Positions 48,166 through 62,986 of a DNA stretch of 64,000 nucleotides are shown one piece after another. How positions within the stretch are numbered: the first letter of the stretch is position 1; each line of letters starts with the position of its first letter. This DNA comes from Blasia pusilla (Eukaryota): NCBI GenBank assembly GCA_050084515.1, contig CM114271.1:39122001-39186000 (forward strand). The letters are read 5' to 3'. Position numbers and translations under genes: made by a program. Below the pieces are notes generated by a model. It worked only from the letters and a program-made list of their open reading frames with translations. It was not told where the DNA came from and ran no database searches.

Positions 48166-50389
48166 GAGAATGAGGTTCTACAAAAGATCAAAATTTTGAG
48201 GCATGGACCATGCCTAACTTCACTCATCATATATGAGGTTGGAATGCTTGCCCTATGTTGGAGACTTTTATGTAGATTCTAGGGCAAACACTCCAACCTA
48301 GTTTGATGTATAGATCATCACTTTAGCAAGGTTGAGCATAATATTCAAGATGGAATTTCTGGGAAATTTTCAAAAAATAATCAAATATTTGGGTTTTCCG
48401 TTGCACGAAGGAAAATAATACTATAAATACATGTCATGTCAATGGTGACATGTCCAATATAAAATTCTAAATTGAATATTTGGGAGATTTTTGACAAAAA
48501 TTACGGAAGATTCACTCTATGAAAAATCTTGTATCTTAGAAAGTTAGTAATCCCCCTCCATCACCACCCTCATAACCAAACGTGTGGTGATGCAAAACAT
48601 CAAGACTCTAGTAGGCTCAGATTATGATGGATGTGCGTCAAAGAAGTCTCTTGAAGGAGACATGAGATGTGAGACGCGAGTAAGGTTGAGAGTTTCATGT
48701 GTGAACAATTGTGACTCGAGAAACCTATACCAAATGCAAACTAAAGAGGATGAGAACCTGAATTAGAATTTGACTAGTATTTGGAGTTTTATTTTGTTTT
48801 AGGTCATAAAAGACAGACCCAAGATGCATTTGGGACAAGAAGGTGATTTTGGAAAGCTTATGCAAAGTCAATTCCAACGCACCAACGATCTTGGCAAACG
48901 CATATGGACTGAGAAATTGCCAAATTGTTGGAAGGATAGTTGGGTTCACGGCCAAAAGGAGTGGCCCGAGAGTACTTTTCCAAAGGTAGGGGAAGGTAGG
49001 AGAACCCCTAAAGTATATAATAAAATTTAAATTCATGTATATTATCGTACATCCCTATTTAATTATTTCTCATTTCTAAATACAAGGTTTTTAGTAATAT
49101 TTCTTGAAGTGAGGGCCTATATAGATAGATTAGGAGCACAATTTTGCATCAACCAAATATTCAATATATTTTTCAAATGAATCCTAAATATTCAATCTCG
49201 AAGTTTCAAGTGGTTATCCCATCATTGATGGAACATATGGTATTTTAACCTATGTGACAATCAAAACCCAAATATTCCTTTTCTCTAAAAAATTATAAAA
49301 ATGTCATACCACATATTCTTCTAAACCTTATTAGGAGTATTAATTAATAACATGGCTTATGTGCAATGCACTAAGTTAGAGGGATGGAAAATTTAGGGTT
49401 GGATACTTCATAATCTAACTCAACAATTGAAGAACTACTATATGAAACCTTTGCATACATGTTGTAATTATTGTAACTTAGACATAAAGATCCCCTATTT
49501 TCAGGAAATAAACTCTTTTATCTATTGCTCCGAGAGCCAAAATCTTGTTTCTTTCCTTCTTGATTAGAGAAAAAGAAAATCTCCCTTCTCTTTTCCTGCA
49601 ACCATCGACTTATTCAAAAAAAAAGAGAAAATCACTCTTCTCATTTGGGAAAGAAACGGATTTTTTTTCCCACCATTTTCTTATTTTCCTTATCTTTGAC
49701 CCAACATTTTTTCCAAATATATAGTTAAAATTTCCTTATCCAAAAAATTAAAAATTAAAGATATGTAGAAGGTCCAAAAACTTAATGAATATTTGAGAAA
49801 AAATAATAAATTTAAATCCATACCATCAAGGGGTTTTAACATAAAAAATAATATAAGAATTAGCTAGTAGAGAAAAAATAAGTGAAAGAACTAAAAGTTA
49901 TAGTCCCTTTTTATCCTTTCCTTTCGCTTCCTAAATTAGGAAAGGGAAATAATTTTTTAAAGTTATTATAAGCTTGACTGTACAATGACATGCATAGAGA
50001 GTTATAGGTACCAAGGGGCATAACTTCTATCATTAATAATTTAATGATAGAAGTTCTTTTCTAGAAAAATAAGGATTCACATCTAGACTATAAAATATAA
50101 TTTATATTATTAATCAATTCAAGGGAGAATATTTTGGAAGTAGTGTTAAGAAAATAGAAAGGGATTTTATTTTGGATCCTCTATAATTTAAAATCCAATG
50201 GTTGAAGAAAATGAATTGCTGCAGATTTTATATAAAAAAATAATCTTGCATCAAATCCTTGTAGTAAATTTAATTAGAACTTTGGTTCTCATGGAGAGTT
50301 TTTCATTCAAAAACTTTCACAAGAAAATATTTTTAAAATATTAGAAGGAAAGACTTGGATGGATGGCGAGGGATTCCTTTTAAGGGAAA

Positions 50390-50569
50390 CTAGTCGGTGC
50401 TCGTGCTCCCCACGGGTGAAGAATGTCCGAACTGAAAAACACTACGCTATTGGAGTTAAATTCATTTAATTGTTTCTTACACATTTCATGAGGAGAAGAA
50501 ACTAAATTACACAAGTGCTGTCCCGGGAGGTGGTGGTTGTGAAACCCCGTCTTCTTTTAATAATATAGA
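50390..50569 (-). mobile_element. Mini Helitron, family of 36934-37089
   Basis: Minus strand A|TCTATATTATTAAAAGAAGACGGGGTTT...cccgtg-ggga-gcacgag caccga CTAG|T. Confidence 0.8.
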
Positions 50570-52613
50570 TAAAGGTTCGTATCCTCAAATTTTTCATTAA
50601 TATGGAGGATTTTTTAAATTTATGATTTCCTCCATAATGTAATTTTTTTGATAGATTCTGAAAATTTTAAACAACAGCCAATGGTTTAGGAAAATCTGAA
50701 GTGGGAAATTTTACAAAAATAAATAAATTTAATACTAAATTTAGAATATGACGTTAACTATAAATTAAATATCATTCTAGATGTTGTTTCTTTTTTAATT
50801 CAATATTCTGAAAAATGTTTTCTTGAAAAGATCTGCAGGCCTTTATGAAGGGACTAATAAAGTAATATTATGTGGATTTTTCAAGGAAATCTAACTTCAT
50901 ATAAAAATTAATAACAAAATGAAATTATGCGAGAAATTATTTCATTTTTATAATATCTGAAGAGTTTCAAATAAGATCTAAATCGTTTATAGACTCCATA
51001 GAAGTACTTTCGGCATTTATTTCTATAAAATTCACAAACCTTCTAATTTTTAACCTAAAACTTAAAAAAAATTTTTGCTTGTTAGTAATATGAGTTTAAT
51101 CTTAATGGTTTTGGTGGAAAATTAGTTATTCTCAAATTATAATTATGAAAAGAGATTGAGAGCCTATATCAATGGAATATGAGTACACTCATTTATTTTT
51201 GGGAGGGAAGAGAATTTAACATTCAAAATAACAAATAAAAAGTTATAAATGACTTTTTAATTAGATTTGGGAATTTAATAAAAGATGTCACGTCTTTTAG
51301 GATAGATCTGTGAGATCTAAAAGAGCGCCTTCGTGAGTAGTGGAAGACAAGCTCAGTAGGTTGAGGATGACCTGTTGAGGCCCCGGGAAACCTGAGAGAA
51401 CAAGTTTCCTCTTCGTTTCGGCTCATTTGTAGCCATATTGAGGAACTTACTATTTTAGGTAAATACCATTTTGAGTATATGATTGATTTTGTATTTTTTG
51501 GTAAAATCCCTTGACCTCCTACATCAGGTAAAGAGCCAAGGAGGTGACTTGGGAGCATAGGTTGCTATGGAAAGAGCTTGGGGGAAGGGAGGGGTATATC
51601 TAAAGGAGAGAGAGCTTGAGAGCTCATTCTCTCTTTGTTGAACCTCTTGGCATGAGGCGGCGGAGTTTATGGTCTTGCTTGCCTTGTGTGTGTAACCTTA
51701 GCCTCTCATTAGGAGAGTGGGTTTGGTTTGACATTGAGAGAGACATGTGAGAGTACAATGAATCATGAAAAGAAAAAGAAACCATAATTTTAACTATTTT
51801 TGTGCACATTACAATTATGTAATATCAAAATGACAAGCAAATATTGATATGGAACCACATCATAGGAAAGATCATCGGGTGAGATACCCCAAGTACCATT
51901 GGAAAAACATGGTATATCCATAATTTAAAAAGACCCAATTATATGATTGCTCATAAAGAATGGTTAGTTTATCAATGTGGAACCATTGAAGAATCCAATA
52001 ATTGTTATGATAGGAGATCATACATAATATCAATTTTTTTACATGGGTAAGTTCGTGTCTCTCTACCATCATCTAACATTGGTACTTTGGGGATGTTCAA
52101 TAATTACCTATTACTACTAGGAAATCTTGTGTATGTAGGAAAGATGGTAGAACATGATTATGAGGCAAGATCCAATTAATAAGCATGTTTTATTGAAAAT
52201 GTAATTACCAACTAGATAATAGAAGGGGGGGTTAGATTCAGTAGAATATTCAAATTAGATGCTACTATGTCTATTTTGGAATAAAAAAAATATGTATAGA
52301 ATGGTCCAAAGGTAGAAGATTTGGAGAGTTGCTATAAGAAGCTAGATATGACACACTAATTACCGATTATCAATATTCAAAAATATGCCAAACTTTTATC
52401 TGGTGGCAAGATTACCAACCTTTATTTCCTCTAGAACATTGAGAAGCTTCACTTGCCTACCAATTTGACTAGTAAGCGTATGAGCCTGCATCCAAAATAC
52501 TTGAGCTTGTACATATTACTACCTACAGATCTCTAGAGACTATCTCGATATGGTTTGAATGATAATGAGTATTTTTTTGTCATTTGTTGATGTCTCTAGA
52601 AGGACATGATGGG

Positions 52614-52919
52614 TAAGGTTGTACAGGAACAAAGTCCGTGTCTACGGATATGTCTATGTTCGCAGACTTATGTTCCTCGTAGGGACGAACATGTCCATGC
52701 AGACCCGAGTAATTATAGCCCGTACTTGAGCCCTCCATATAGACTCGGGTGGACTGAGCATGCACTCATTTTGTGGCCCACACGGCAGGCTCAAGGCCTG
52801 CCATGTGCAAGCGTGCCACAGGCTTGGCCTCCTTGGATCTATGCAACGAGCTCTGCAGGTACCCAAGCAGCATGTTCGTACGTCCCATGGACAAACTCGT
52901 TCATTTTCGTGCAACCTGA
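52614..52919. mobile_element. hAT-type MITE
   Basis: TIRs taaggttgtac / gtgcaacctga; TSD atgatggg / atgatgga (7/8). Confidence 0.82.
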
Positions 52920-53210
52920 ATGATGGATATACTTCAGAAATGAAAATTAAAATAGTAAGTATTTCAAATATTCCAAAACTTCAAGAATTTGGTCAGGAAG
53001 AGGTAAGTTTATCTTTGCTAAGTTTGATGCCTTCCCCTGACAATCAATCTGGAATCAAAGGGAAATTCTATATGGCTATATCCTAGAGTAGAATATGGAG
53101 GTTGTCCTACACATACACGTCGTTACACAATCCACATTATTGATCATATCTTTATAACACACATCATTGATCTTTCCAACACACGAGCACATCCACACAT
53201 AAAAAGATTA

Positions 53211-55000
53211 TAGTGTAGACCTCAAATGTATTTAGGTGAATCAAAGAAAATTGATATTCAAAAAAGGCATGTTGTAAGTGCAACAATAGTTGAGATTCTC
53301 ACTCATATTGATAAGTCTTGCTCATGCTCAAAAAAGTAGGACTTATCAATAGGGTTTATCCTCTCTTCCACTTTCTCTTGCTTTATCTTCTTGCATAGGA
53401 TCGCATCTTATCTCAATTTGGCCACAAAAATGAATAGCAAAATATCTCAATAAAATAGAAATCATTATGATCAAGAACGCGGTTGCACAAATGTTTTTAA
53501 GAGAATTGAGAAATAATCGTAAGATAAGCGGACTAAGCAAGAGCATTTTCCATCAAGAGAGAAACGTTGCACACGGCCAAAGTTCGTGTTTGTGGACATG
53601 CCCATGTCCGAAGACTTCAGGGTTGCACACAGAAAAAGTCAGTGTCCGTCCCTAGGATGGACATGTCAAACGGATCTGTATATCCGAGCCCGTCCGCAGG
53701 AGCCGGTAGCGGGCACCTGGGCTAGCCGAGCCTGAATCGGTTTTGTGGCCCCCAGACAGGTCCACATACAGCGGGTTGGGCAACCATTGGGTGGGCTAGG
53801 CCCACACACGGCGGTCCGTGATCCATAAAACCGGTGCGGGCTTAGGCAGCCCCGGTGCCCGCTTCTAGCTCTTCACGCGGGCTTGGATGCGGGCCGTGGG
53901 TACCCGGGCGGCATGTCCATGGACATGTCCGTCCCATGGATTGGCGTGTCTGTTTCCGTGCAACCTTGGCAGACTTATGTACATCCCTAAGACGGACATG
54001 TTCGCATGAGCGTAGATAAGTATGGAAGTCCATATTGAATCATGAATTTTACATACCTCAAGAAGTTGCTTATTAACTCTTAGAGAGTAGTGAATACAGT
54101 AGTACCTCAAGCAAGTAGTAACGAGGGTGAACTTTCGTGCTTTTCTTTACTATTATACTTAAGTCTACAATGCTTGTCTTAGACTTGAGCATTGAAAATG
54201 GAGCTTAAGATCATCTTCGACTATGAAATATAAAGCCTATCTAGTGTACACAGAAACATAATTTTTCCGTGTGCAACCCTGACTTCCGAGGTCACCCTTC
54301 AAGCGATTCTACCTCATACAAAAAGTATCTCAACTTTGCAACAAGCTCGAGCTCCAATGTGGAAGACAATCCATCTCCACTCTAGCCCCTTCAGCGGCTA
54401 TGAACATTGTTAAGTAGGTGCTCTACCAAAAAAACCTACAAATCTTGAGATCTCCTAATTGATAGGACTCGAGTTCAAGTCTTAAAAGGCTTATGTCAAC
54501 TCTTGGATGTGCACTTGCATATACCAATAGTGTAGAGCTAAGATGTATTTAGATGAATCAAACAAAATTTTTATTCAACAAAGGTATGTTTTAAGTGCAA
54601 CAATAGTTGAGATTCTCACTCTTCCACTTTCTCTCTCTTTATCTTCTTGCATAGGATCTTATCTCAAGTTTGGCCACAATAATGAATAGCAAAATATCTC
54701 AATAGAATAGAAATCATTATGAAGAAGGCTATCGCACAAAATTTTGTGAGAGATTAACGGACTAAGCAAACTTCAGGACTTTAAAAGAGCATTTTCCATC
54801 AAGAGAGCAAGGTTGCAAACGACCAAAATTCGTGTTCGTGGACATGCCCTTTCAACAGACTTCAAGATTGCACAAAGTATGTGTCCATCCCTAGGATGGA
54901 CATATCAATGCGAGTCTATATACGCTCTATATAGTGGGCATCCATATCGGCGTAGCTCATACCGGTTTTGTGGCTCGCGGCCAGACCCACACACGGCGGG
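53211..55000 (+). repeat. Local tandem duplication (~53211-53780 and ~54528-55000) including a MITE left end
   Basis: Colinear blocks (aagtgcaacaatagttgagattctcactc; aatgaatagcaaaatatctcaat; gagcattttccatcaagagag), each followed by a MITE TIR, at 53562 and 54808. Confidence 0.8.
53562..53968. mobile_element. hAT-type MITE
   Basis: aaacgttgcacacgg...ccgtgcaaccttg TIRs and internal ggacatgtcc motifs; no TSD found. Confidence 0.7.
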
Positions 55001-57548
55001 CTCGGCTTCGGGCTGCCGGGGGCAGGCTCAAATGCGATCCATGGACATCCGAGCGACATATTTTTCCCTAGGAGTGAGGTTACCCACAGTCTGTACCCAA
55101 TCTCAGAACTCGTCGCCTATTTTGTAGCATGTACTAGCCTACCCTAAGCCTACATAGGCCCGAGGTATGCCAACAGAAGGCAGGCTTGGGTAGGCTCAAG
55201 GCTGTGGCCCGCGTAGGCCAAGCTGTGGTTCCGCGGAGGGCGGGCCATGTGCGGGCCAATGTTAAGTGCAAGTCAAATGTAGAGCTTAGAGAAGAGGAGT
55301 CAATGCAAATTTGGCTAGCCAAGAGGGCAGTAATACAAGTAGAATGGTTTCATTTCAGAAGTCTTATGTGGTGTTTGATTGTTTAACTCATTTTAGGGGA
55401 GTATTGAAAGAATAGAGGAGAGGTAACTTCATGACATATCATTCACGTGATCTAACTCGAAGTTGTAGATTTCAATTCCATACCAGATTTTTTTCTATAA
55501 TTATTAATAAATAAAGTGCTCACTTCAGACTACCATTAATGATCACTGTAGAGATCGATCCAACATTCTCACAATCAACAACAACGACGAACATCTCGCT
55601 GTACCCCTCTACACCGATCCGGTGCTGCGGTGCTTGAATCCCGCCCGGAGCCGATCCTTTTCGCGAGCATTTTTCTCTACTCGCAACAGTCTCCGATCCT
55701 TGAAACGCGAGCGCGCACACGCGTACAATCCACGCGCGCCGACTCGATTGCAAGCGCACCCCTGTTATCGAGCATTGATTCAGGTGGATATTTCGTATTA
55801 TTAGGTGTCCCGGTCAATTGTGGCTAGGGCATCTTGAAAACTCTTGCTCGATCCCCTTCCGAGTCACCGTTTTATCGCCTGATTACTAATGTCCGGAACA
55901 TATTGCGCGCAGATCTCCAATTTTCTAAGGGTGGTGATCGCATCGCATCGGCGTTTGTCGCCACGCCCTCGCCCCCGCGGATTGGAACCACCCGTCCAAC
56001 TGAGAAGATCCATCCATCGACGTGATTAGAGGAACTCCGACCATCCGTATCCGGGATGTTGTACCTTCCGCGAGCGAGCTATGCATGCAGTAAACCGAGG
56101 TGCGCGCTAACAGTAGAGCTTTATGGAAATGCTCCGAGTGTGCAAATTTGGGGTATGCATTCGAAACTGCATCAATGCAATCCATGCTACAATATTGTGA
56201 AACGATTTTCGATAGGAGACAAAATAATCACGCTCCGAATTCTTTCATTTTTTAGTTGGAATTTGTAGATTTCGATGCTCAGTTTTGCAGGGGGAGTGGG
56301 TGCGACGCTCACCGGACCTAGTTAATTTGGGGAGGGGAGTGCGAGGTTATTTGTTTTTTGTCTGATGTCTGCACTGTGACTCGGACCATGAGTCGGAGCT
56401 TAATCAGATCGGGTCGGGAGCAATGCATTGCGATGAAGCATGGCCCGGAATTACAGTCGGACATTATCGCGCTAATGGTGCGCGGCGGTGCGCAGGCCCA
56501 AAAGCGAGCGCAGTCGTGATGGCAATGACCTGAGTTGACGACTGTAGAGATTGACCATCAGTTCTCGACGATGTTTCCGTACAGTAAGCAGGATTCGCGG
56601 CGGCATTGGCCTTGGCCGGATGTTGTCATCTGAGGATACAATGGCGGAGTAGAAAGAGAAGGGAAATGCTTTGTGGTTACGCGAGTGTCGGGGAGAGCCA
56701 GTACATGTGTGTCATGGGGGGGAAAAGCTAATCCGAGAGGTCTCCAACAGTGTGAGACAAGGCGAAGTTGGAGCTGAGAATCTGGGGCCGGCCGTTCATA
56801 TGGACGGGAGCTTCGGCGGCGCTCCTGAGCCCGGCAATGGGGACCGTGGTGGCCATATGCATCGTGCGTGCGCATGGCTAATATTCGGGGCACGGATGGA
56901 TTTCTCTGGAGCTGCTTTATATGTGCCGCAGTGATCTTCACATCAGCCCAAATAGATCTGGAAGAGTCCTCTGCCTGGTCGGCACACTTTTCTACGCTAT
57001 CTTCGAGCCTGGCTGCGCGCGCGGGTCCGTCTCCATTGCATGACCTTCCCTCTCACGTCCGGAACTGTGTGCATGCAACTCATCTGTTGCCCTTGGATTG
57101 TGCTCTAGACTAGCATTATATCCCATCATGGGCTTCATCTTCCCCTCTTCTTGCGCGGACCCGTTAATTAGCTAGCTTAGATAGAGTTATCCCAGCGCGC
57201 CAATAGATCTAGACTCCTCACCCGACGCTCTAGTTTACCCGCAAAGAGTCGCACCACCCAATCACGAATACAAAAGATCAACTTTCTGCACTTTGCAAAG
57301 TCTTGTGAACCTTCGTTGTCCGGAAATTTAAGCTCTCGTTCACAAGTGCGGTCACGTACCCTCACACTCTTGAAGAGCGCTAGTTTGAGTGTTCTCTCGT
57401 CTCGATCTCAAATCGAAGTTCGGAGATCGAGAGATGCAAATCAATTGCTGCTAAGAAGTTTCCTATGCATTTCGAGGGGCGGATTGATGAGCTGACCAAC
57501 TAACGAGCGCGTGCGCCGTGACTTTCTCCTTCGCGACCGTGCAGGAAG

Positions 57549-58943
57549 ATGAGCAGAATGAGCGGTATCAGATGGTCTCTTACGTTGATGTGCACCTTCT
57601 CTATGTGCACAATAGGCGTCCTCGGTAATGTTCCGGGAGTTCCCATCGGATGGAAGGCCTCGCACGCAACCTTCTACGGAGGTTCTAATGCCGAAGGCAC
57701 CATGGGTAAGCACACGTTCTGATGCTTGTTGAGCGAAGGAAGCGATTAAGCCATTCCCGTCCTGGTCTCCCAGTAGTTCGAACATGATATCATAATCCAG
57801 TGCACTTGAGTTACACATATTCAGAGTGAAAGAGTGTACCAGTAATCTTCGAGGTATGACTTGCGCTTTAGGGCGATCAATCATCAGTGAGGAATGGTGA
57901 AGTTGACTCTGCACGTTTGTACAGGTGGAGCTTGTGGATATGGAAACCTGTACAACACTGGATACGGCTTGCAAACAGCAGCCCTCAGTTCGACGCTATT
58001 CAACAATGGTTTGACCTGCGGAGCTTGCTTCGAGATGTACTGCAATTACCAGATGGAACCCCGTTGGTGCTACAAAGCTCGTCCTCACATCAAAGTGACG
58101 GCCACCAACTTGTGCCCAGCTAACTGGAACAGACCCACAAACAGGGGAGGTTGGTGCAACCCTCCCAGAACTCACTTCGATTTGCCTCAGGCCATGTTCA
58201 CTCGAATGGCGAGATATGTCGGCGGAATCGTCCCCGTCGTTTACAGAAGGTACCTATCGATTGCAGTCCAATTAAATCCACTCATCTGTGCTCAAGTTTC
58301 TCCTCGACATCGTGTACGTTCTGAGTTGGTCTCATCTACATCCACAATACTGCTCTCGCTCCATCGTAGGTTGATTTTAGTAACGTGCTTTACGAGCCAA
58401 AAATCTTTCTATGAAGGGAAACTTCAACGAGTTCGAAAGAGTGCATATATATGGGACTTAGTTTGAGTTGTTGTATTCATGAGCGGTGCTACCAGAGCTC
58501 TCACTCGAACTGACATGGAGTGCCAGGATGAATCTGAATATCTAGCATAGACTAACGAAATTGTGGAACTTCAAGTCGAAAATTTCAAAGATACAGTCTC
58601 ATTGAATTTGCTGGTCGTTGGCGATGGCAGAGTTCCGTGTGTGAAGGAAGGAGGAGTGAAGTTTAGCATGAGCGGCAACCCATGGTTCAACTTGATCCTC
58701 ATTAGCAACGTCGCGGGACCGGGAGATATCAGGACCGTGCACATAAAGGGATCCAAGTCGACCCGATGGTTGGCCATGAGGCAGAATTGGGGCCAGATGT
58801 GGGAGGCTAAAGCGAAGTTCCAGGGCCAATCGCTCTCATTCCGACTCACCTCAGGAAGCGGGAGAGTCCTCATCCTCTACAACGCCGTCCCGAAATGGTG
58901 GACGTTTGGGTCCACGTACCAGGCCAGAACCAACTGGAAATAG
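57549..58943 (+). CDS. EXPA: Alpha-expansin, 264 aa; exons 57549-57705, 57925-58249, 58631-58943
   Basis: Signal-peptide-like N-terminus, then [60 protein letters not shown], and C-terminal NVAGPGD...M.QNWGQMW...GQSLSFRLT...W.FG.TY. GT-AG introns fall at the two conserved EXPA positions and the frame closes (795 nt). Confidence 0.96.
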
Positions 58944-61900
58944 TCCTCCGCCGCTCACAGTGAATGAAGAGCTGCAATGATCAGCGATTAAACTGTGTGT
59001 TCGATCTCGAATTGAAGCTAGCATGCATATACACCGGCCACAGCGCGCACGCGTGCGTCGACGTCGTCGTCACCCTGCAGATCAGGGAGCAGGATTCGCA
59101 AGGGAGTCCTGAAACCTCGCAATTGCTTGCTTGCGCGCACGCACGCAACCCCGATCCATCAGATCGCAGGTATCAGTGATTGGCTTGCAGTCACTTTCTT
59201 TCATCTCAAGATCGAGGACCGGTCAGCCGACCAAGGCATCCGCGTCCAGAGGTTGAGAGATGGAGGAGACACGTCGGGGGGTTGGTTAACAAGAGATGCC
59301 AGTTTGTGGTTCATTTACTTAATTAGTTGTTCACGCATTTTTCATGAGTTGATTGCGACCTCTAGATCTTCCGCTTGCAAGCTTTAACTGCAGCCAACAG
59401 TTCTGCCAGAGACCGTGCCCATCCCGCCGCGATCGTTCCGACTTTAACTTCACCATCCCGAACATCGATCCTTTTTGATCTGTAATTTATAATGCTAGGC
59501 CCCGCCATATCAGCACAATTATTCTTGAAACCACTTTAACCGGTCGGTCCGCTTGGTCTCGTGTGTCTATCATGTACCCTAGTTCAAGTCCGATCCACAG
59601 CCATCCAGAATCACGCTAGCTCACCAGCAACATCTGCAGATGCTCTGTGCTATCCATCCGGACCTGGCTTTCCGAGAGTTTCAGTCGTGGACAGTCCGGA
59701 CGGATCGATGGGTCCGCTCGGCTCTACGTAGATCATTTCCTCCTGATCCAAATTAATAACTCGATGCTCTAGATCTAGTTTCGAAGCGAGCGAGCGATCG
59801 ATCGATGAAGCCGCCAACTCCACCTGTATGCTAGAAATAAGTATTCCACCAGTCCTCGAGCGATCGCACCTCCTGATCGCTATCGATGAGACTTTAAACC
59901 CTGAACCGGGTTACCGCACCAGACGAGCATCGCTGGGATGTAAAGTATGAGCTGCGCACGCGCTACTTCCATGATTCTCATTTCTGAGATTCATTGGCAT
60001 TAGCTAGTCTGCCTGGCAGCCTGCTCCCATGCCTGTATGCATTTTAGTCTCGCTATATATTTATACATACAAATACACATTTACTTCGTCGACATCTCGA
60101 TCTAGTCTGAGGGTACGACTCGCTGCAAGATCTATCCGTGTACTTAGTTTTCGGGTGGGCAGTAGCAAGCCAGCGCCGCATTGGAGTCGTATGGCGCAGT
60201 GCTGCTTTTTGAAGTATCATGGATACGACATGTATCGGTAAATCCGTCACATCGATGTCAATCCACTGCAAACGAATTCTTGATTAATTATAATCCGGGA
60301 TTGCAGAGAATTGAAGCTTGTCTAGGATTAAGGGTACGTATCATGCATCACACGATCAGTGTAGCAAGTTCGAAATGGTCTTTGCCTTTAGTTATGCAGG
60401 TCATATACTTGGAAGTGGATCCCTAAGCGACTCGCCAGTTTGCGAGTCGTACAATTCGTGGTTGACAATCTTCGATGGAGTCCTTTCGACAGAATAAAGT
60501 GACCCGTTTCCTTGTTTACCGTCATTGTGCGTACGATCAATCTTTCCATATCTCCACAAGCGCCAGCGACGTTTAGCGTGCAATTGTTGCGAATTCGAAG
60601 ATCAGAACCATGCCAGAACAAAAAGCCAGATAGAAAGAAGGGCTTCGACTGAACGCTTTCGGAGAAGAGTTCAGAGATTAGATGGGTTTGAACAGCAAGA
60701 TTTCTCACACCAACCTGAGTTTTCCCCTCCCCGAAAGCCGGGCTCATTCCGGATCGTCCTAACATCCAGACTCGGACTCACACTCTTCAATTCAGTGGAC
60801 ATGCTGTCCCCTGTGTGCCCTACTACGAGGTTTCAAGCTTCAACCTCCCGCTCCCGATGGACATTCACAAGAATCCGTTAGGCGTGCCGGATCGCACTAC
60901 ATGCATGCACATCGTCAACGATTATCGTCGATCCCGAACGGGAAGTATGATAATCCCGATCCCACCCACGGCCGAACATTCATCGATCCTGACTCGAGGG
61001 CAAGGTGCGTACTCCACGAGGCAGCGGTGAAAACTCTTGATTCTGTCGAATATTGCATGCGTAGACATTCTACACGTCTACACGCGTTACGACGCGATAC
61101 TTCACGTGAACTTCAATACCGAGAGTTCCATCGACGTCGTCGCGTCTTTGCATCAACTCCCGAGGTCTGTGAACGACTATCCCTCGTGTCGTTGGCATTG
61201 AATTGACGAGCACTGTTCGCAGATGGTCGGATGCATCGGAGCTCTTCGTTTGTTAGAAAGATCATTCTAAATCCGGTTCGATCTTCAAAGCGTATGCAGC
61301 GCTCAGACTTAAGGTTCAGCTCATGGACCTCGTAACGCGTAGGCCTATGCGCTGCACCGGTCGTCCTACTCGTGCTTAACTCCAGGCGATTGCCAGGAAC
61401 GTGTCTGCGGGGATCGTTCCGTCCAAGGGGCCGCATGAACTACCTGTTACAGCGACGGGACTTCTTTCAATGGAAGTTTCTCACCAATGGCCCACTTTGA
61501 AAAGGCCTCGTGTCGCCGGGAAACCCTAAAACGCACACAGGAAAACCGGATGCAAGGAAGAAAAGTCCCGGCCGAACGCATCAATGGCTCCGGCTTTGAA
61601 ATTCTAACTATTTATTTAATTTTTTTATTATCTTTTCTTAATTTAATTTCCTCTCTCAAAGTGGCATGTGTGGACATCATATGAGTCATGATAGGAAAGG
61701 TATTAACACATGAGGAGGTTTTCTCAAACCCATCCTCTTTTGAGAGTGGCTTCCATGTGCAGAGAGAGAGGCACTACTCCTTGCGGGATTCCCTCATTCG
61801 TGCCGATCTCTACATGACACGTGAGGCTGAGGTGGTTGTGGCGGACGTGGAAGGTAGATAACGCTGGGAGGCATGAGTGGTGAGCCCAAGTGGTGGCCCA

Positions 61901-62986
61901 AACAGGAGCCGGCGGCGGCGAAGAAGACCATATCTCTTCGACTACACGAGGACACATCTTCATCCCCCGGCCATAGAGATGTATGGGGCTATGGGGGAGA
62001 GGTTCGATTGTTCCACGGATGCGCCCATCATCTCCACTCGAGAAATGGGTTGTTCTTGCGATTCTCAGATTGTAGCGGCGGGTCTCCATAGCGTTGCAAC
62101 GTGCCCAAGGCTAATGGGATTTTGCGGCGGGACGCTAGAGGCCCACTTAGTAGTAGTCATATTGATATTGTCTCTGCTGTTGGTGAGTTTCGTCGTTAGG
62201 GGGAATGCCCCCTTCTTCCTTTTCTGGTCGTGTTGTGGCCTTCAGGTTTTGACTCTTTGAGTCCCCCTCTTTTGTACTTCCGATGGGTTTTCCATCACTC
62301 GTTTTTATCGAAGTGCATCTTTCTTTCTCTTTTAATCATATAGAGTATGGGAGAGCCATTGTAGGGTGTTCTTACATGAGCCGTCCCTTTCGACCTATAA
62401 TTAATTGACACATGTCGCTAGCCAAAGTACGCAAGCTTAAAGAGCACATTATCTCCTAAGCTTTCCGGAAAAAAAAAATTGGTCCTCCTTGGCATTATGC
62501 ACTCCTCTACACACTACCAAGTATGGACCCGCTTCGGTGGGTGTGGTTTAATTACAAACAAGATTGTTGTCGCATATCTTGGGTAGCTACTCCCCTGGGA
62601 TATGTATAAAGGTGGTTAATAACTACTTGCATAAAGAAGTGATAAAACATGTTTCTGAAAGATGAATAAAGGTGGAAAAGTAATGATATTATTTCTTTCT
62701 TAACAAACACGAATTTTTGTTAAACCATGTAGTGTAAATTTTTCTCGTAAATAGACTTTGGTTTGTTTAATATCTACTTAAACAAATATGTTGGGGATAT
62801 TCCCAATTGTCATATACATAAGTACTTGGGGTTATACATTGCATATGCTCATTTAACAACTCATCGATACAAATAGACCTCCTTAAGTAGGTTTTAACAC
62901 CAATGGTGCAATTTTTTTGGATTACAAATCTAAAGTACATGACTTATAGAGACTTCACACTTAGGAGTTTTAGGATTAGACATTAC

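Noticed and set aside
57441-57974. 177-aa minus-strand ORF
   Set aside because: It is antisense to expansin exons 1-2 and intron 1; no motifs.
60010-60041. tgcctggc...cctgtatgc resembling miR160
   Set aside because: The match is interrupted by extra bases and no complementary star arm was found.
59000-61500. GC-richer region with many short ORFs downstream of the expansin
   Set aside because: No protein motif, consistent splice structure or RNA-gene signature was recognised; left unannotated.
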